Positions 1-12,349 of a stretch of DNA of 25,461 bases are shown one piece after another. The stretch comes from Vicugna vicugna (taxonomy: Eukaryota). The position numbers and the translations under genes are program-made. Positions within the stretch are counted from its first letter, which is position 1. The number at the start of each line of letters is the position of its first letter. The stretch lies in contig MU058718.1 in the NCBI GenBank assembly GCA_013265495.1, forward strand, positions 3,920,081 through 3,945,541, read 5' to 3'. The notes beneath the pieces were generated by a model that saw only the letters and a list, made by a program, of their open reading frames with translations, had not been told where the DNA came from and ran no database searches.

Positions 1-30
1 AGTATTACTGATAAGTATCCTTTTTCATAG

Positions 31-86
31 GTTACCCAGGAAATTTCAGATGAAACAAGAGTTTTCCGCTTATTAGGATCAGACAG
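31..86 (+). CDS. MAP4K5: MAP4K5 penultimate coding exon (end of CNH domain), VTQEISDETRVFRLLGSD-R(split codon)
   Basis: Acceptor 'cctttttcatag' ends at 30 and donor 'gtaata' starts at 87. The translation matches the MAP4K5 C-terminus as I recall it; the paralogue MAP4K3 reads ISDSTRIF. The phase-2 end joins the next exon in frame. Confidence 0.95.
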
Positions 87-2451
87 GTAATAGTTTGGTT
101 GTTTTATTACCAAAGAAGTTTTAACAATTGTATTTTTAATTATATTGTCAACCTCTGACTGTGTTTCAAACAAAACTTTTTTTATTTATCTACTTATTTA
201 TTTTATTGAAGTAACATTTGTTTATAACATACTAGTTTCATGTGTACAACACTTTATTTCTACTTCTGTATACCCTACAGTGTGCTCACACCAAAAGTTC
301 AGTTTCCTTCCATCACCATACAGTGAATCCCCTTTACCTGTTTCACTCTCCCTCCGCCCCCAGCTCTTCCCCATGGTAGCCATTCTGTATCCACGTGTTT
401 GTTCTTGTTTGGTTTGTTCATTTATTTGTGTGTGTGTGTCAAACAAAATTCTCAAAGGGCTCAGGAACTTACAGAAATGTCCCAATATCTTTATTGAGAG
501 AGAGAGTACAATGTTTTATTTAATTAGCCAATAAAGCAATCTTTTGTCAGTGTGAGGATCATGATTGTAGAGATAGTTGCACTCAGCTAAGATGAAATGT
601 GTTAATGTAGGTTTTTATGTCTGTAGTACCATGAAGTAGTTCAGGCTCCTTGGTTTTTGTCATTTCTTCCTAGTATGTTAACTTCTATTAACTATTACTA
701 TATAAATCCAACAGAATATGCACCTCCTTACATTTACTTTTATATCAAAAAATATTTGACTCATTTTCTGAGGTCATTCTAAATTAGAAGGAATTATGTG
801 GTCTCTGTGGTCAAAATGAAAGATTAGTTCCAAAACTGTGCTATCTTATGAAAAAAAATGTATAGCTTTTGTTCTTCAAGTCTATCTTGTCTACCTCTGT
901 AGTGAATAAAATACCCATTCTCCCTATTTTGCCACCAAAAGTAGTTACTGCAGCAAAATTGGCCATAGTGGTGTGCATTAGTCCTGAGGCAAGGATTGAG
1001 AACCTCTGATCTTCCAAGTTCAGTCTATCACAGAATCATTGCTTAAATATTACACACTTAAGGAAAGGGGTGGGGATGGAATTATGACTCCAGAAAAAAT
1101 TTTAAGAGGCTTTTGTGAGGGGAAAGATGGTTTTTGGCAAATGGCATCTACCTCAGTGAGAAAAAAAGGTAAGCCCATAGAGCATGGCCACCTACTAACT
1201 AGTCCTTCAAAAAAGAAGGACTTTGAGGACCACCTGGTAAATGACTCTGGAATGGGAGGCTCTTGCTTCTCCAGGAAGGGCTGACAAGAGAATTGTGGGT
1301 CCTCCAGTGATCCTGGCGCAGACAGCACTTAGTGAGACATAGGAGGAGAGAATTCTGCTTGATAGAGGGTACATACTAGAAGCCATTCCTCATAGTTACT
1401 TGTTATCGTTCCACCCCCTCCCCCGGAATTTTCTCCTTCATCTGTTCCCTTCTTTGTCTGTGTTGTTTCTCCATTCTCTGCCACTACTTTTTTTTAGACC
1501 ATTGCCTTGTTCTGGTTATCTTCTTACTTGAGCATCTCCTTGATTTTAAGATATACATATCTTAACCAAAGTTTTTGTTTTATCTTAATTTTTAAAGTAA
1601 TTTTAAAAGTTGGTACTGTTTAAATACAGATATTAGTGTCTAGGAGAAAAAAAGCTAAGTGTCGGAATATTAATAATGGTAAACTGCACAGTTGAATTAT
1701 AGGTAATTTTATTTTCACCTTCTTTTCTGTAATGCATAATTTAAGTACATATTACTTTTTGTTGTTTTCATTTCAAAAGTAATAATATGCCAGTTGTAGG
1801 AAATTCATACACTAGAAAATTATAAAGTGTATTTGCAACTTCCCCCCTCCCCATTTCCCCTTCTAGACTTTTTTCTCTGCCTGGGTATATTATTTTTTTA
1901 TTTTGTTCTCAAACCTGTCTTCCCCACAGTATCAATCCTATGATATGACACTTGATTGTTTTTTTCTTCCTATTGGTGCCTTAATGGGACTCTTTCCCTG
2001 CCCTTGTTCCAGTGACAAGGGAGATGGCCTTATTTCATACTTTTTTAAACTATTTATTTTCAAATACCTTGAAGAACAGTGTGAATGGGTGTCTCTTAGG
2101 ATCCTGTTTTAGTCTCTCAGCCCTTCTTCCATCCCCTTCTTTTTAGTGTATATTCTAAAGCTTTGTTATACCTGTTGTTGGCATATACGAGTAAGCAAAT
2201 TTGGTTTTAGTTAGAATGAGACTATCCTGAAATGCTTTCAATATTTTATATTCAGAAATTCATCGATTCTTAATTCAGTTTTGTTTTTATGCTATAAAAC
2301 GTAAAGCTGAATTGGACCGAGCACCTGTGATCACTGCATAATCTTACGTGAATGTGAACAGTGATATTCTTTCCTGGTTTGATGTTAGTATTTGAAGATG
2401 AAACCTCTGTTTTTACTTTTTAACAAGACTTTTGTTTTGATTTAATTGCAG
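87..2451 (+). other. MAP4K5: Last intron of MAP4K5 (GT-AG, phase 2)
   Basis: GT at 87-88 and AG at 2450-2451, between two in-frame exons. Confidence 0.92.
176..438 (-). mobile_element. 5'-truncated L1 3' end, antisense in the MAP4K5 intron
   Basis: T-rich tail followed by 'ttttattgaagtaacatttgtttataacat...gtttcatgtgtacaac', typical of a reverse L1 3' UTR. Flanked by the direct repeat TCAAACAAAA (166-175 and 439-448), a target-site duplication. Confidence 0.8.
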
Positions 2452-2539
2452 AGTTGTCGTTTTGGAAAGTAGGCCAACGGAAAATCCTACTGCACACAGC
2501 AATCTTTACATCTTGGCTGGACATGAAAATAGTTACTAA
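2452..2539 (+). CDS. MAP4K5: MAP4K5 terminal coding exon, (R)[28 protein letters not shown]
   Basis: Acceptor 'tttgatttaattgcag' ends at 2451. AG|A completes Arg across the intron, and TAA is at 2537-2539. The peptide is the recognisable MAP4K5 C-terminus. Confidence 0.95.
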
Positions 2540-2759
2540 GCGACAGAAACTGGTCTCAAATGACAGGAAAGTGAATACACTCCACATTGAAAGCAAAAAA
2601 ATCTTAAGGAAATTCAGTACAGACTACACTTATTTGCTTTAATTGTCATGGGTGGTAACTCAAGTGATCTGTACTTTAAGGTAAAATTCAATATTTTCTG
2701 TAGCTGGAAACAGCTGTTCTATCTCTTGCCACTGTGTGGTGGTTATATCAAGTTTGCTT

Positions 2760-2765
2760 AATAAA
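2760..2765 (+). terminator. Candidate proximal polyadenylation signal AATAAA
   Basis: Canonical hexamer about 220 nt after the stop codon. The downstream element is weak. Confidence 0.35.
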
Positions 2766-3889
2766 AGCTATGAGACAAATAGTCCTCTAGTTCCAGGAGA
2801 CACAGTCTTTTAAAAAAAAAATAATGTTTGTAACAAGGGTGCCATGATATTTTTAGGTAACAACTCATGTGATTATCTTGAGAGAGAGAAATTTAGTGAC
2901 AGTTTTCTCATTTTATACCATGTTTTATTCCTTCTTAATGAACATAATTCGATAAAGAAATTATCAGATAAGCCTTTCACTTTTACATTGGCCATTCTGT
3001 ATGTTTTTGTAAAATAGAATATTTAATCCTTATTTATTAATCTCTTGCTGGAGTGGTGTAATGTATCTAACTTTTAGTAAAGGAGGGTTGCAGAGCAGCT
3101 TAATTTTTTTATAATGTATAAAAATTTTGTTTACCTTTTAAGACTAGTACTTTGAGGGGTTAAAGGCAGTGTGTTTGGAGGTTCAGTACATACATGCAGT
3201 TTTATTTAACTCAAGTATTTTGTAATATAATATCATCCAGAATTGCCTTAAAAGGGAGTTTTGTTTTCTCAACTACAAATAGTTGTAGGGAGTCATACAG
3301 AAGATATTGATGATGGTTGAAATATTATTAGAAGGAGTGTGTATGTCTAGATGTGACTACCATGTGTATGTATTCTTGACAAGCAGTATAATATACCTGT
3401 GATTTTTTTTTACATTAGGGATAATACATAAGAAATTAATCTTCATATATATTACCATCCCTAATGTTGGGGGGGAAGTATTTAACTGCCCATGATATGT
3501 ATTTTACTTATACTATACCATAGGGGAAACTGTAAAGCAACTACACATGTATTCTTGGGTTTTTCACATATGTAGGTATTCATGTGGAGCAGGTTTAAGG
3601 AAAAAAAATCTTTAAATGAAATTTAATTCCTGATGGGATAGTATAAATAAGTACTATAAAAACCAGTATTCTAAAAATAAGAAAGGATAGGACCATTCTT
3701 AAGTTTTCTTCCTTTCTGCTATTGTTAGTATTCAAAATTAAAGGTTCACATTGGTACCTGTTGTCTTAATGCATTTATTGAAAACAGTTACTGTTGGGAT
3801 GATGAACAGGGGGTTGGCAACAGCGAACTATAGATTCATTTTGAGCAATTACTTGAGAGGAAGACAGTTTTTTTTCATTCAGTCTTTGG

Positions 3890-4020
3890 TATTATCACCA
3901 TCTCCACTTTTCAGATGAGAAGATAAGGGGTTAACAAGGTTACAAGACTACCCAATTCACACAGCAAGTTGATGGTTGAGCCAGACCATGAGTCTTGTGA
4001 CTCTATTCTTTTCACTATGC
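3890..4020 (-). mobile_element. MIR SINE within the distal 3' UTR
   Basis: 'attatcaccatctccacttttcagatgagaag...cacacagcaagt...cttttcactatgc' matches the reverse MIR core and head. Confidence 0.75.
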
Positions 4021-4031
4021 AATATGCAAAC

Positions 4032-4037
4032 AATAAA
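4032..4037 (+). terminator. Probable distal polyadenylation signal AATAAA of MAP4K5
   Basis: Canonical hexamer followed about 25 nt later by a GU/U-rich stretch ('gtattgtccttt'). Repeat-derived DNA starts shortly afterwards. Confidence 0.55.
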
Positions 4038-4109
4038 AGGTTATGCAAATGAAATATAAAGTATTGTCCTTTACAGATGCACATATGATTTTGATAAGTA
4101 TGTCGCTGT

Positions 4110-5450
4110 TTTGGGGGGTCTGTTAAATGGGGCCTCTGGAATGAAGGACACTGGATACAACACATGGCAGGGGACCATACTGAAAACAGGAAGTATTTAC
4201 CTTCTGTATACAAAGACTGGTATCCTCCTTCTCTCACTGAATCCTAGCAGCCAGATCTTCCCATCCTAACAATATTGGACGTCTTTCTATGCCATCTGGC
4301 CAGTGCAAGTGGAAAGACCTAAACAAATCCTGCCATCAGAGGTGTTCTCTCTAAGCTGCTCAGCTAGGTAACTCTACAGTGATAATCATAGCTATGTGCC
4401 CACTACCCATGCATGCATCCAGAGCCTGCAGTTAGTCTTTTAGCCTCGTGCAATTAAAAACGATTAAACAACCAGGAGTTAGAAAACGTCTGAGGAAGGC
4501 CTCTAACATGAAAGAGAGAAAACAGTTGGGGAAAAAGCACTTAAAGAAAACAAACTATGCAAGATGAAGAAAATGTCAATAGAAAAAATATCTTTGGAAA
4601 GATGTTGCAACTCTGAGTCAAGAGTATGACACTAAAAAAAGAAGCTTTCAAAAAACAGAGCTATTAGAAAAAAATATAGCACAGCTGAATAATTCAGGAG
4701 ATGATTTAGAGTATGAAGTTAAAGAAATTTCTCAGAAAGTGAAACAAAAAGAAATTTAAATATTGGAGAAAAGTTAAGAATATTAACAGCCCCGGAAGCC
4801 CAATATCCACTCTCCCACAGTTCCAAAAAGAACAGAAAACAGGGAATCAGTAGAGTATTACAAGAAATATTTCCAGTACTAAAGAACTTCAGATTCAAGA
4901 TTGAAAGAATACAATGGATGGGGAAAAAAATCTATGCCAAAGCACATCATTATGAAATTTCAGGCATATTGGGGTCAAAGAGAAGATCTGTTGTGTTTCT
5001 GAAGAAAAGGAACAAGTCAAATACCAAGTAATAAGAATCAGAATAGCTTCAGATTTGAACGGAAGCAATGCCTTCAAAAGTCTGAAAAATTTCCAACCTA
5101 AAATTCTGGATCCAAATAAACTATTAATCAAACCTAAGGGTAAAATGAGGACATTCTTATTTGCATGAGGTCCCACAAACTTTATGTCTCATATGGTCTT
5201 TCTCAAGAAGCTACTAGAAGATGTGCGTCATAAAAATAAGGGCATAAACCAAACAAAATGAAGACATAAGGTACAAAGACTGGGCTTCAGCATAAGAGAG
5301 AGATGAAGGAAGTCCCCAGACAGTGGTGATGAGATATCCAAGGATGGCACCACACCAGGCATACAGAACATAGTGAAGCAGATCAGAAGCTCCAGAGAGA
5401 CTTTTTCAGAAAGTTTAAACTTATGAACTACCTGATGCATCTTCTGCACT
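4110..5450 (+). mobile_element. HAL1 (half-L1) element, 5' part with decayed ORF1-like region
   Basis: HAL1-like segments 'tgaggaaggcctctaacatgaaagag' and 'ctttctcaagaagctactagaagatgtgc...gaaggaagtcccca'. L1 ORF1-like remnants 'cacatcattatgaaatttcag' and 'ttccaacctaaaattct'. No intact ORF. Confidence 0.75.
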
Positions 5451-5499
5451 CCAAAAAGTCAGAGTGAGGGGCTTGTGATACTGAAATGGAGAAGGGGAA

Positions 5500-5845
5500 A
5501 GGTCAACATAAAGGTGCATGATTGAGGTCATTGCTGTGTAGACAGTGAAAGTAGGATTCCACCAGGTCTTCTAAGAAGCTCCATAATCGTTCCCCCAATT
5601 GTCTCCTGAAAGACAAGTGGCTGGAGCATTTATCCAGACCCTCAGTCCTCCCTGGTTGAGCTGCCGCCAGGGCATTACCTCCTGAAGTACTAAGTTGCAT
5701 CTTGTGCTAGGGCCACATGGGTCCCTTCAGTGTCAGAGAACACCCTGAAGCAGAACACTGGAAGAGCAGAAGACGAATCTGAGCTCAAATAGAACTGTCC
5801 ACTGCCCTGTGGCTGAAATCAAGTGGGTGGAGGGATTCAGTCAGT
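5500..5845 (-). mobile_element. ERVL solo LTR fragment (LTR16-family-like) nested in HAL1
   Basis: GC-richer block with 'ggagcatttatcca...ggttgag...gggcatta' and 'gaactgtccactgccctgtggctgaaatc', resembling reverse LTR16-type consensus. Confidence 0.55.
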
Positions 5846-5859
5846 GATGATACTGTTTC

Positions 5860-6290
5860 TAAGCAAAAACTTATCTAACACTGAAATCAAACAAAAAAAT
5901 GCAGTTATTAACTCCAGGAAAGTAAAATGTTGTATAGGAAAGATAAGGTAAACTATGACCAGTGGTTGAATGGCATGACAGTGTTAATAGTAAATAATAA
6001 TCCAGTCGAAATTACAATGTAATTATATTGGGAGAGGATATGGTATTGTGGAGATGAGGTAGAAAAGTTTTCTAAATCCTCATCTCTACAGTGGGAAATC
6101 AACAGATAAAACCTAAAAATTAAAAGTCAAGAAGTAGCTTATGTAGTGATATCAAAATAAAATAATCTGCTGAAAGAAGGAAAAAATGTTTTTGAAAAGA
6201 GAGTTGTGGGAGGGGCTTTTTTTTAATGACAAACCTTATAGGACTATTTGATTATTTATGTGTATGCCTACATTTGTTTTTTCAAACAAT
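5860..6290 (+). mobile_element. HAL1 3' part
   Basis: 'ttattaactccaggaaag', 'ctaaatcctcatctctacagtgggaaatcaacagata' and 'ccttataggactatttga...tgtgtatg' match the HAL1 3' end. Confidence 0.7.
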
Positions 6291-6804
6291 ATGAACAAAC
6301 ATACAGGTCCATCTTTTTATACTATACCTTACACATAGTAGGCATTCACTAAATACTGATTATAGCTGATCTATGCACAGTGTGGAAGAAGGCTAGGTAA
6401 TTAGGGGATGGGGTGGGGAACTGGTTAAATAAATCCAGAAGGTCTTGTGAGAGAAAGCATTTTTATCAAACTTTTTTTTTTTTTTTTTTTTTTTTGAAAA
6501 CCTCCTGTCCAGCTTTCTCTCCTACTCCACAGACACCCTGGAATGCTGGCACATAGAGACCATGACCATTTTAGCCTTATTGCTTGACTCATAATGGCTC
6601 TCCCACTGTGAAATTCTGATTTTTTACCAAAAATTTAAATCCTTTTCTTCACTCAAGGCACTCAATTTACTTCACTCAAGCTATAATTCTTACATGACTG
6701 TTTAGCCAGACTGTTTTCTGTTTTCTAGAACTTCTACAGCACATATAGAATATACATCTCAGCATAATACTCAGTTGCCACTTTATCAGCCAAACCATTT
6801 AGCA

Positions 6805-6940
6805 TTTACCACTTACCTCAGACAAATTACTCAGCCTGTCTAGGCCTCCATCACCTTATCTGTTGAATGGAAATAATGGCCACTTCATACTGTTGTTAGG
6901 AGGGTTAAATGAGATCACATACATTAAAAGCTTTTTGCTC
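6805..6940 (+). mobile_element. MIR SINE
   Basis: 'ccttatctgttgaatggaaataat...tgttgttaggagggttaaatgagat' is the MIR core. Confidence 0.75.
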
Positions 6941-7274
6941 ATGGTAAGAGGGGAAAAAAGTCAGCTCCTTTATTTTTCACCAAAAAGTTCATTAAGGGCA
7001 TAGAGAGTGCATTTTGTTTCTTTAGTTGTTCCTTTCAGTATGTTGCACATTAGTAGACTTATCATGGGGCTTTTTAGAATTCTGCTTTTTTCTAATTCCT
7101 TACTTGCTTTTTCATTAGAAAAATAACTGGTATCTGTGTCAAAGGTCCAAAAAACTTGCATACCAACCCTAGCACAAGGGATCATTTTAAGTTTTACTGA
7201 GAATTTCAAACTGTTGTTAGTGGAACTTACTTAGAAGAAGAGTAAGAAATTTTGTTTAAAATCTACTATATTGA

Positions 7275-8320
7275 TATCAAGAATGAATCAAATATTCTCA
7301 CTGTCACCGCTTGTTACTCATTGTACCGGAGGTCCTAGTCGATCAAAGAAACCAGCAAAACTGAGAAAAAAATAAAAGATTCTGAAAGGAATAAAAATGC
7401 CGTTATTTGCAAATAAACTTAGAAATCATAAGTGAATTTGGAAAAGCAGCTGGATGCACTGTCAACGTAAAAAACAACTATATGTACATTTACTGCTATA
7501 AACAAAATGAAATTTTAAAAGGATACCATTTACAATATTGAAAACTATCAAATATCTAAGAAAATTAAATGCAAGATCTCTGTACTTAAAACTCTGTCAC
7601 TGAAAAAAAGACCTAAATAAATGGCAGATTATTCCATGTCAATGAATTACATTTGCTTTTGTAAAAGTATCAGTTGATTTAAAGATTCTCTGTGATCCAA
7701 GCAGATATTTTGTGGAAATTGACAAGTTGGTTAAAAAATTATAAAATTCACAAGGCCAGAAATACCCAAGGCAATCTTGAAAAACAAGCCTGGGAATCTT
7801 AGGTACCAGATTTAAAGAGTTATGATAAAGCTGCTTTAGCAGTTAAGACAGTGTGACATTAGCATGAAGACAGACAATGAAATATAATTGAGAGTCCAGA
7901 AACAGACCCACACTTAGCCGCCTTATGGATGACAGATATCCTGCAGCAGAGTGAAGGAAAGGATAGCCTTTTCAATAAATTCTGTTGAAAAATTATTGAA
8001 AACAATAATGGAAAATCAAATGAATCTTGACTGCTACTTCACTCAGTAAACAAAAATACCAAGTAGATTGTAAGTAATCTAAAATATAAAACTATAATGC
8101 TTTAAAATAAAGCATAACATCTTCATGAACTTGGGGTAACCGAAGATTTCCTAAACAGATCATTAACACTTTAACTATAAAAGAAAAAGCTGGTAAAATT
8201 GACTTAAGATGCTCTGTTCATCGAAAGACACCTTTACAAGAATGAAAAGACAAGCTACAAAATGGAAAAGAGGCTTGCATTACATACAACCATAAAAGAC
8301 CTACCAAGAAGATATAAACT
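7275..8320 (+). mobile_element. Old L1 (L1M/L1ME-type), decayed ORF2 RT-to-C-terminal region
   Basis: L1 ORF2 hallmarks 'ggaggtcctag', 'aagacctaaataaatgg', 'gagagtccagaaacagacccacac' and 'cttttcaataaat', with many stops and indels. Confidence 0.8.
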
Positions 8321-9108
8321 AAGACAAGCCAATGGAAAAATGGGCGAAGGGTTTTGTACAAACACTCCATCATAAAAGGTAACATCCAAGTAGTTAATAA
8401 ATATGTGCTGATGTAGTCACTTCCTTGGCTATAGAGAAACACAAATTAAAACAAAAGAATAAAACCAAGAATCAGTGAGATTGTGGAGAAATGGGGGTGC
8501 TTGCACATTGCTAGTGGGAATGGTGGAAAACAGTTTGGCAGCTTCTTAAAAATACTGAACATAGATTCACCTTATGACCTAGGAATTCCACTCCTAGGTA
8601 TCTGTCCAGGAAAAAACACATCCACATGAAGATGTGTATGCCAATTTCCATAGCAGCTTTATTCACAATGGCCCAAAATTGGAAGCAACCCAAATATCCA
8701 CCAACTGGTAAATGAATAAAATGAGTCTTGCCCATGCGATGGAATACTATTAAGCAATGAAAAGGAACAAAGTACTGATAATGCTACAATGAGGATGAAC
8801 CTCAAAAATATTTTAAGTGTGAAAGAAACCAGTCACAAAAGATCACATATTGTAATGACTCCATTTATATGAACTGTCCAGAAAAGGTAGATCCACAGAG
8901 ACAGAAAGTGGACTAGTGATTGCATGGGGCAAGCATTAAGAATGAAGAGTGACTGCAAATGAGTGTGAGGTTTCTTTTTGAGATGATGGAAATATTTTAA
9001 AATTATATCATAGTGATAGTTGCATAACTCTAAACTTACTAAGAATCGTTTCTTTACACACTTAAAATGACTGAATTTTATGGTATGTAAAATGTACCTC
9101 AGTAAAAC
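8320..9108 (+). mobile_element. L1MB-like 3' fragment, probably inserted into the older L1
   Basis: 'tatgacctaggaattccactcctaggtat' and 'gatggaatactat...', ending 'tgaattttatggtatgtaaaatgtacctcagtaaa'. The 'catccaag...caaattaaa' L1 segment occurs twice (about 8380-8450 and 9115-9187), implying two elements. Confidence 0.75.
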
Positions 9109-9111
9109 CAA

Positions 9112-9878
9112 ACAGAACATCCAAGGGGTCAGTAAACAATGGAGAAGATATTAACTTCATTAGTTACCAGGGAAATGCAAATTAAACAATAAATGCTGCT
9201 ACAAAATAAAACCGCAATACAGTACTATTACACATCCTCCAGAATGACTAAAATGAAACGAGGACAATATGAAGTGTTGATGAGCATATGGAGCAACTGG
9301 AACCCTTATACACTGTTTATTGGAGTGTAAATTGGTACAGTGCTTTTGAAAAACCAAAGGTGAACACACCCATACTTTATAATCCAGCATTTCCAATTCT
9401 AGATCTGCACCCAAAAGACATGTTCACCAAAAGACACATAAGGCTATTTACAGCAGTGTGATTCCTAGTCGCCAAAAATTGGAAGCAATTCAAATGTCCC
9501 TCGACAGTAGAAAGGATAAGTAAGTTGTATATTCACAGCGTGGAATACTACAGAACCATCAAAAAGAATGAACTCCTGCTGACAACAACATGGATTTTAA
9601 TCCTCAAGAAACTTAAGGTTTTTCTTAAGAATCCAGACATTAAAAGTATACTGTATAATTTCACATAAATGAAGTTCAAGAACAGGCAAACTAATCTGTA
9701 GTGTTAGAAGTCAGGATAATGGTTACCTTTGAGCAGTAAGGGAATAATGATCGAGATGGAGCACGAGGGGATGCTTTTGAGGTGCTGGAAATGCAACATT
9801 TTTCAATTCTTAGCAAGATGTACACTCATGATTGATGCTTTTTTTTCTGTATGTACTTATACTTCAATAAAAACATTT
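9112..9878 (+). mobile_element. L1ME-like 3' end
   Basis: 'agggaaatgcaaattaaac' and 'gaagttcaagaacaggcaaactaatct...gtgttagaagtcaggata', ending 'tatacttcaataaaaa'. Confidence 0.8.
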
Positions 9879-9991
9879 ATTAGAATCTGTGCCAAGAACC
9901 GTACTGGGGAGAACTATTATGTAATTTTCATATTAATCCTATGATGTAGTAGGGTTCCTGTTCTCTAAATGAGAAAATCAGAGGTTAGTCA

Positions 9992-10414
9992 TTGTCGCAG
10001 CTTGGGTTCTCTGGAAGCAAACATCAAGGTGGAATTAAAAGTGCAGATTTATTTGGGAAAACACCTGTGTGAAGAACAAAAGGGAGAGTGAGCAGGGTAA
10101 GCAGCGAGACTGCAGATCTGACGTGTGTGAAAAGAGAAGGGGAGGGAGAAGGACTGGAGAGAGGCGCAGACTGCAATGCAGCTCTGAGAACATCTTGGCC
10201 AGTCAAAGGGAGCTCCAGAGCAGATTGCTGGCTTGAGGAATCCCATGTTAGAAAGAAATTGCTCAGCTTTCACACCTGTACAGAACTCGGTTGTTGGCTG
10301 GGAATAGCTCAGGGAAGGCTTGGCCTATGCTGAGAGGAATTCTGAAGATTAATGTCTCACAGCAGGTTCTCTCTTGAAGGGAGATCTGACCGATGCATGT
10401 CTCTAGCTGCCACG
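9992..10414 (-). mobile_element. ERVL solo LTR (LTR16A-like) splitting a MIR
   Basis: Starts 'tgtcgcagcttgggttctctggaagca' and ends 'cagcaggttctctcttgaagggagatctga...gctgccac'. Reverse-MIR halves flank it at about 9930-9991 and 10415-10480. Confidence 0.75.
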
Positions 10415-10652
10415 CCCACACATTTAAGTTAGTTGGAAAGATGGGATGAATCTCAGGTCCATCTGTCTGTCTGAATCCAGGCAGCCCCTTTATGACTGCT
10501 TAAATGAAGACCTATCAAGTGTAGCTCAAATATCTAAGAAAACTTTTAAATAAGTCCATATCTCTAAAGGGAACATAGTATTTGGAAACATAATGGGCAT
10601 TCTGGGAAGAGGAAATTGTATCGGAAATAAACATAATTGAGAGTTAAGCTCC

Positions 10653-10941
10653 TGTATCAGGGTTCTTCGGTTGTTAAGGATTAAAAAAGCTGAGGAACTG
10701 GGCTCAGAGAAGACCTAGGGGCAGGAGCCAGTGGATAGTCTCTTTGGGCCCTCAGAAGGAATCCACTCTGAAAGACTTCTCCAGTGTGTCCTTTCATGCA
10801 AGATTCAGGTTCCTCCACCTAGGTCTGGTCATCCGTTGGTCATGAAAAGTGCGGTACCTTGAACGATAGTCCCACTGAGACAGAAACCAGAGCAGAAGAG
10901 GGAGTGGATGCTGGGCTGATAAAAGAAGCTGATGTCCTGTA
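10653..10941 (-). mobile_element. Old MaLR LTR (MLT1J/K/L-like)
   Basis: Termini 'tgtatcagggttcttcggttg' and 'gatgctgggc...gatgtcctgtaca'. Confidence 0.55.
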
Positions 10942-11454
10942 CAGTTATAAACCATCATTTGGTGAAGCTTAAAAAAAATTAAACCACTCACTAAGTGTGA
11001 GTGAAATGGCTCATTAAAGCATTATGATCTTCAACCAACCAGTTCTTTCCTCAGTAATTTTGGTAAGTGTAAGATGTAGCATGTTCTAAATATGACATTT
11101 AATTTTGGGTACATGACTTCATCCTGGATTAGTTACTTCCTGTGATTATCTTGTGATGACAAGAGGACACAGGGAATCCAGTGATCTGTTAGTCACTGAG
11201 CCAGAGCATCCCAGCCATTTGACATTTAAATGCTCCATATAAAGCACTGACTCTGTATCAAGCTTTTAAATATATAATTATTCTCATTTCGTGGTTTCTG
11301 AAAACCCACAGTGGATACCAGTGTCCACTTAAATTCCTTAAAGCCCAGTTCCAAAGTCTCCTCCAGATCCCGGAACCTTGTGCACCCTTGATTGAAGCTC
11401 CTAGTACTACATAATAAGTAGGTATTTCTATTTTCTCTTAAGGATAAGAACAAT

Positions 11455-11528
11455 GACACTTGCATCCCACGCACCTGACAGTTCCTGACACATAGTAGGT
11501 GAGTAATAAATGTTTGTTAAGTCAAATG
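11455..11528 (+). mobile_element. L2 3' end
   Basis: 'cctgacacatagtaggtgagtaataaatgtttgttaa'. Confidence 0.6.
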
Positions 11529-11729
11529 GCAATAGGATGAGCATCATGAGTCAGTCATGGAGTAACTCATTCATGCGTGTAACTCTAAGAAAAATTTTCT
11601 TTGACTCTTAGAGTGTAGCTCCTGCAAAATGCAGATACATTACAAAAATGTGCTGGTTTTCTAAAAATGAGGAAAGTATCGTGGGTAAATTATTTGAGAG
11701 TATTAAGCCTAGGTATCTAGGCTCAGAAT

Positions 11730-12349
11730 CTAGGGTAATTCAGGGTCTAGACAACTAAATAGGTATTTTACTAGAGGAGAGTTTGAAGAATTGATACAGG
11801 GAATTGTTACATAGATGTTGGAGGAGTGATAAAACAAAAATAGGACATGAAGATAACAGAGAGAACAACCACAAGAGGCAGTTACCACCGATGGAGTTGG
11901 AGGAATAAAGAGATAAAGCTTGGGATTACTAGAACCTGGGGGCTCAGAGAAGAGCTGCGATGCTGGAGCTCTGGCCCCAGGGAGGGTCTGCTGCCTGGCT
12001 GCTACCAGCTTGTCAGGAGCTCAGAGGAGAGGCCCCACAGAGTTGGGGCTCAGAGCTTGAGGAGAGGAGCTGCTGCTGGTACCTGTGAAGCTGTGTAATG
12101 AGGCTGGTTCTGGAAGGGCTAACAGAAGCTAGACTTAGGGAATTTTTCCATAGTTAAGGAATAGAAAGATAAGGGAAGGAAGTTTTTCTTCCTCTTCCTG
12201 TCCATTCTCTTAGTGCCTCCAGTTGGTCCAACCTAACTGGATGGATTCTGGAAAATACAGTTTGCAGAGTTCTAGACCCTGTATAACAGAACAGAATATA
12301 AAAGGTTTCATTTGGAGCTGAAAGACATTGAACAGGCAAGTAACATACA
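11730..12349 (-). mobile_element. ERVL solo LTR (LTR41-like)
   Basis: 'gtgcctccagttggtccaacctaac...ggaaaatacagtttgcagagt...cagaacagaatataaaagg...atttggagctgaaagaca' matches the reverse 5' end of LTR41-type LTRs. Confidence 0.65.

Larger units (their letters stand above)
2540..4055 (+). other. MAP4K5: MAP4K5 3' UTR (3' end approximate)
   Basis: AT-rich, largely repeat-free sequence after the stop codon. Poly(A) signals: AATAAA 2760-2765, ATTAAA 3737-3742, AATAAA 4032-4037. Confidence 0.7.

Noticed and set aside
145..534. 129-aa and 87-aa ORFs in the intron
   Set aside because: They run through an antisense L1 3' UTR and have no protein signature.
2454..2642. 62-aa ORF overlapping the MAP4K5 last exon
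   Set aside because: It is the wrong frame of the real exon (true codons start at 2453), has a TTG start and no recognisable product.
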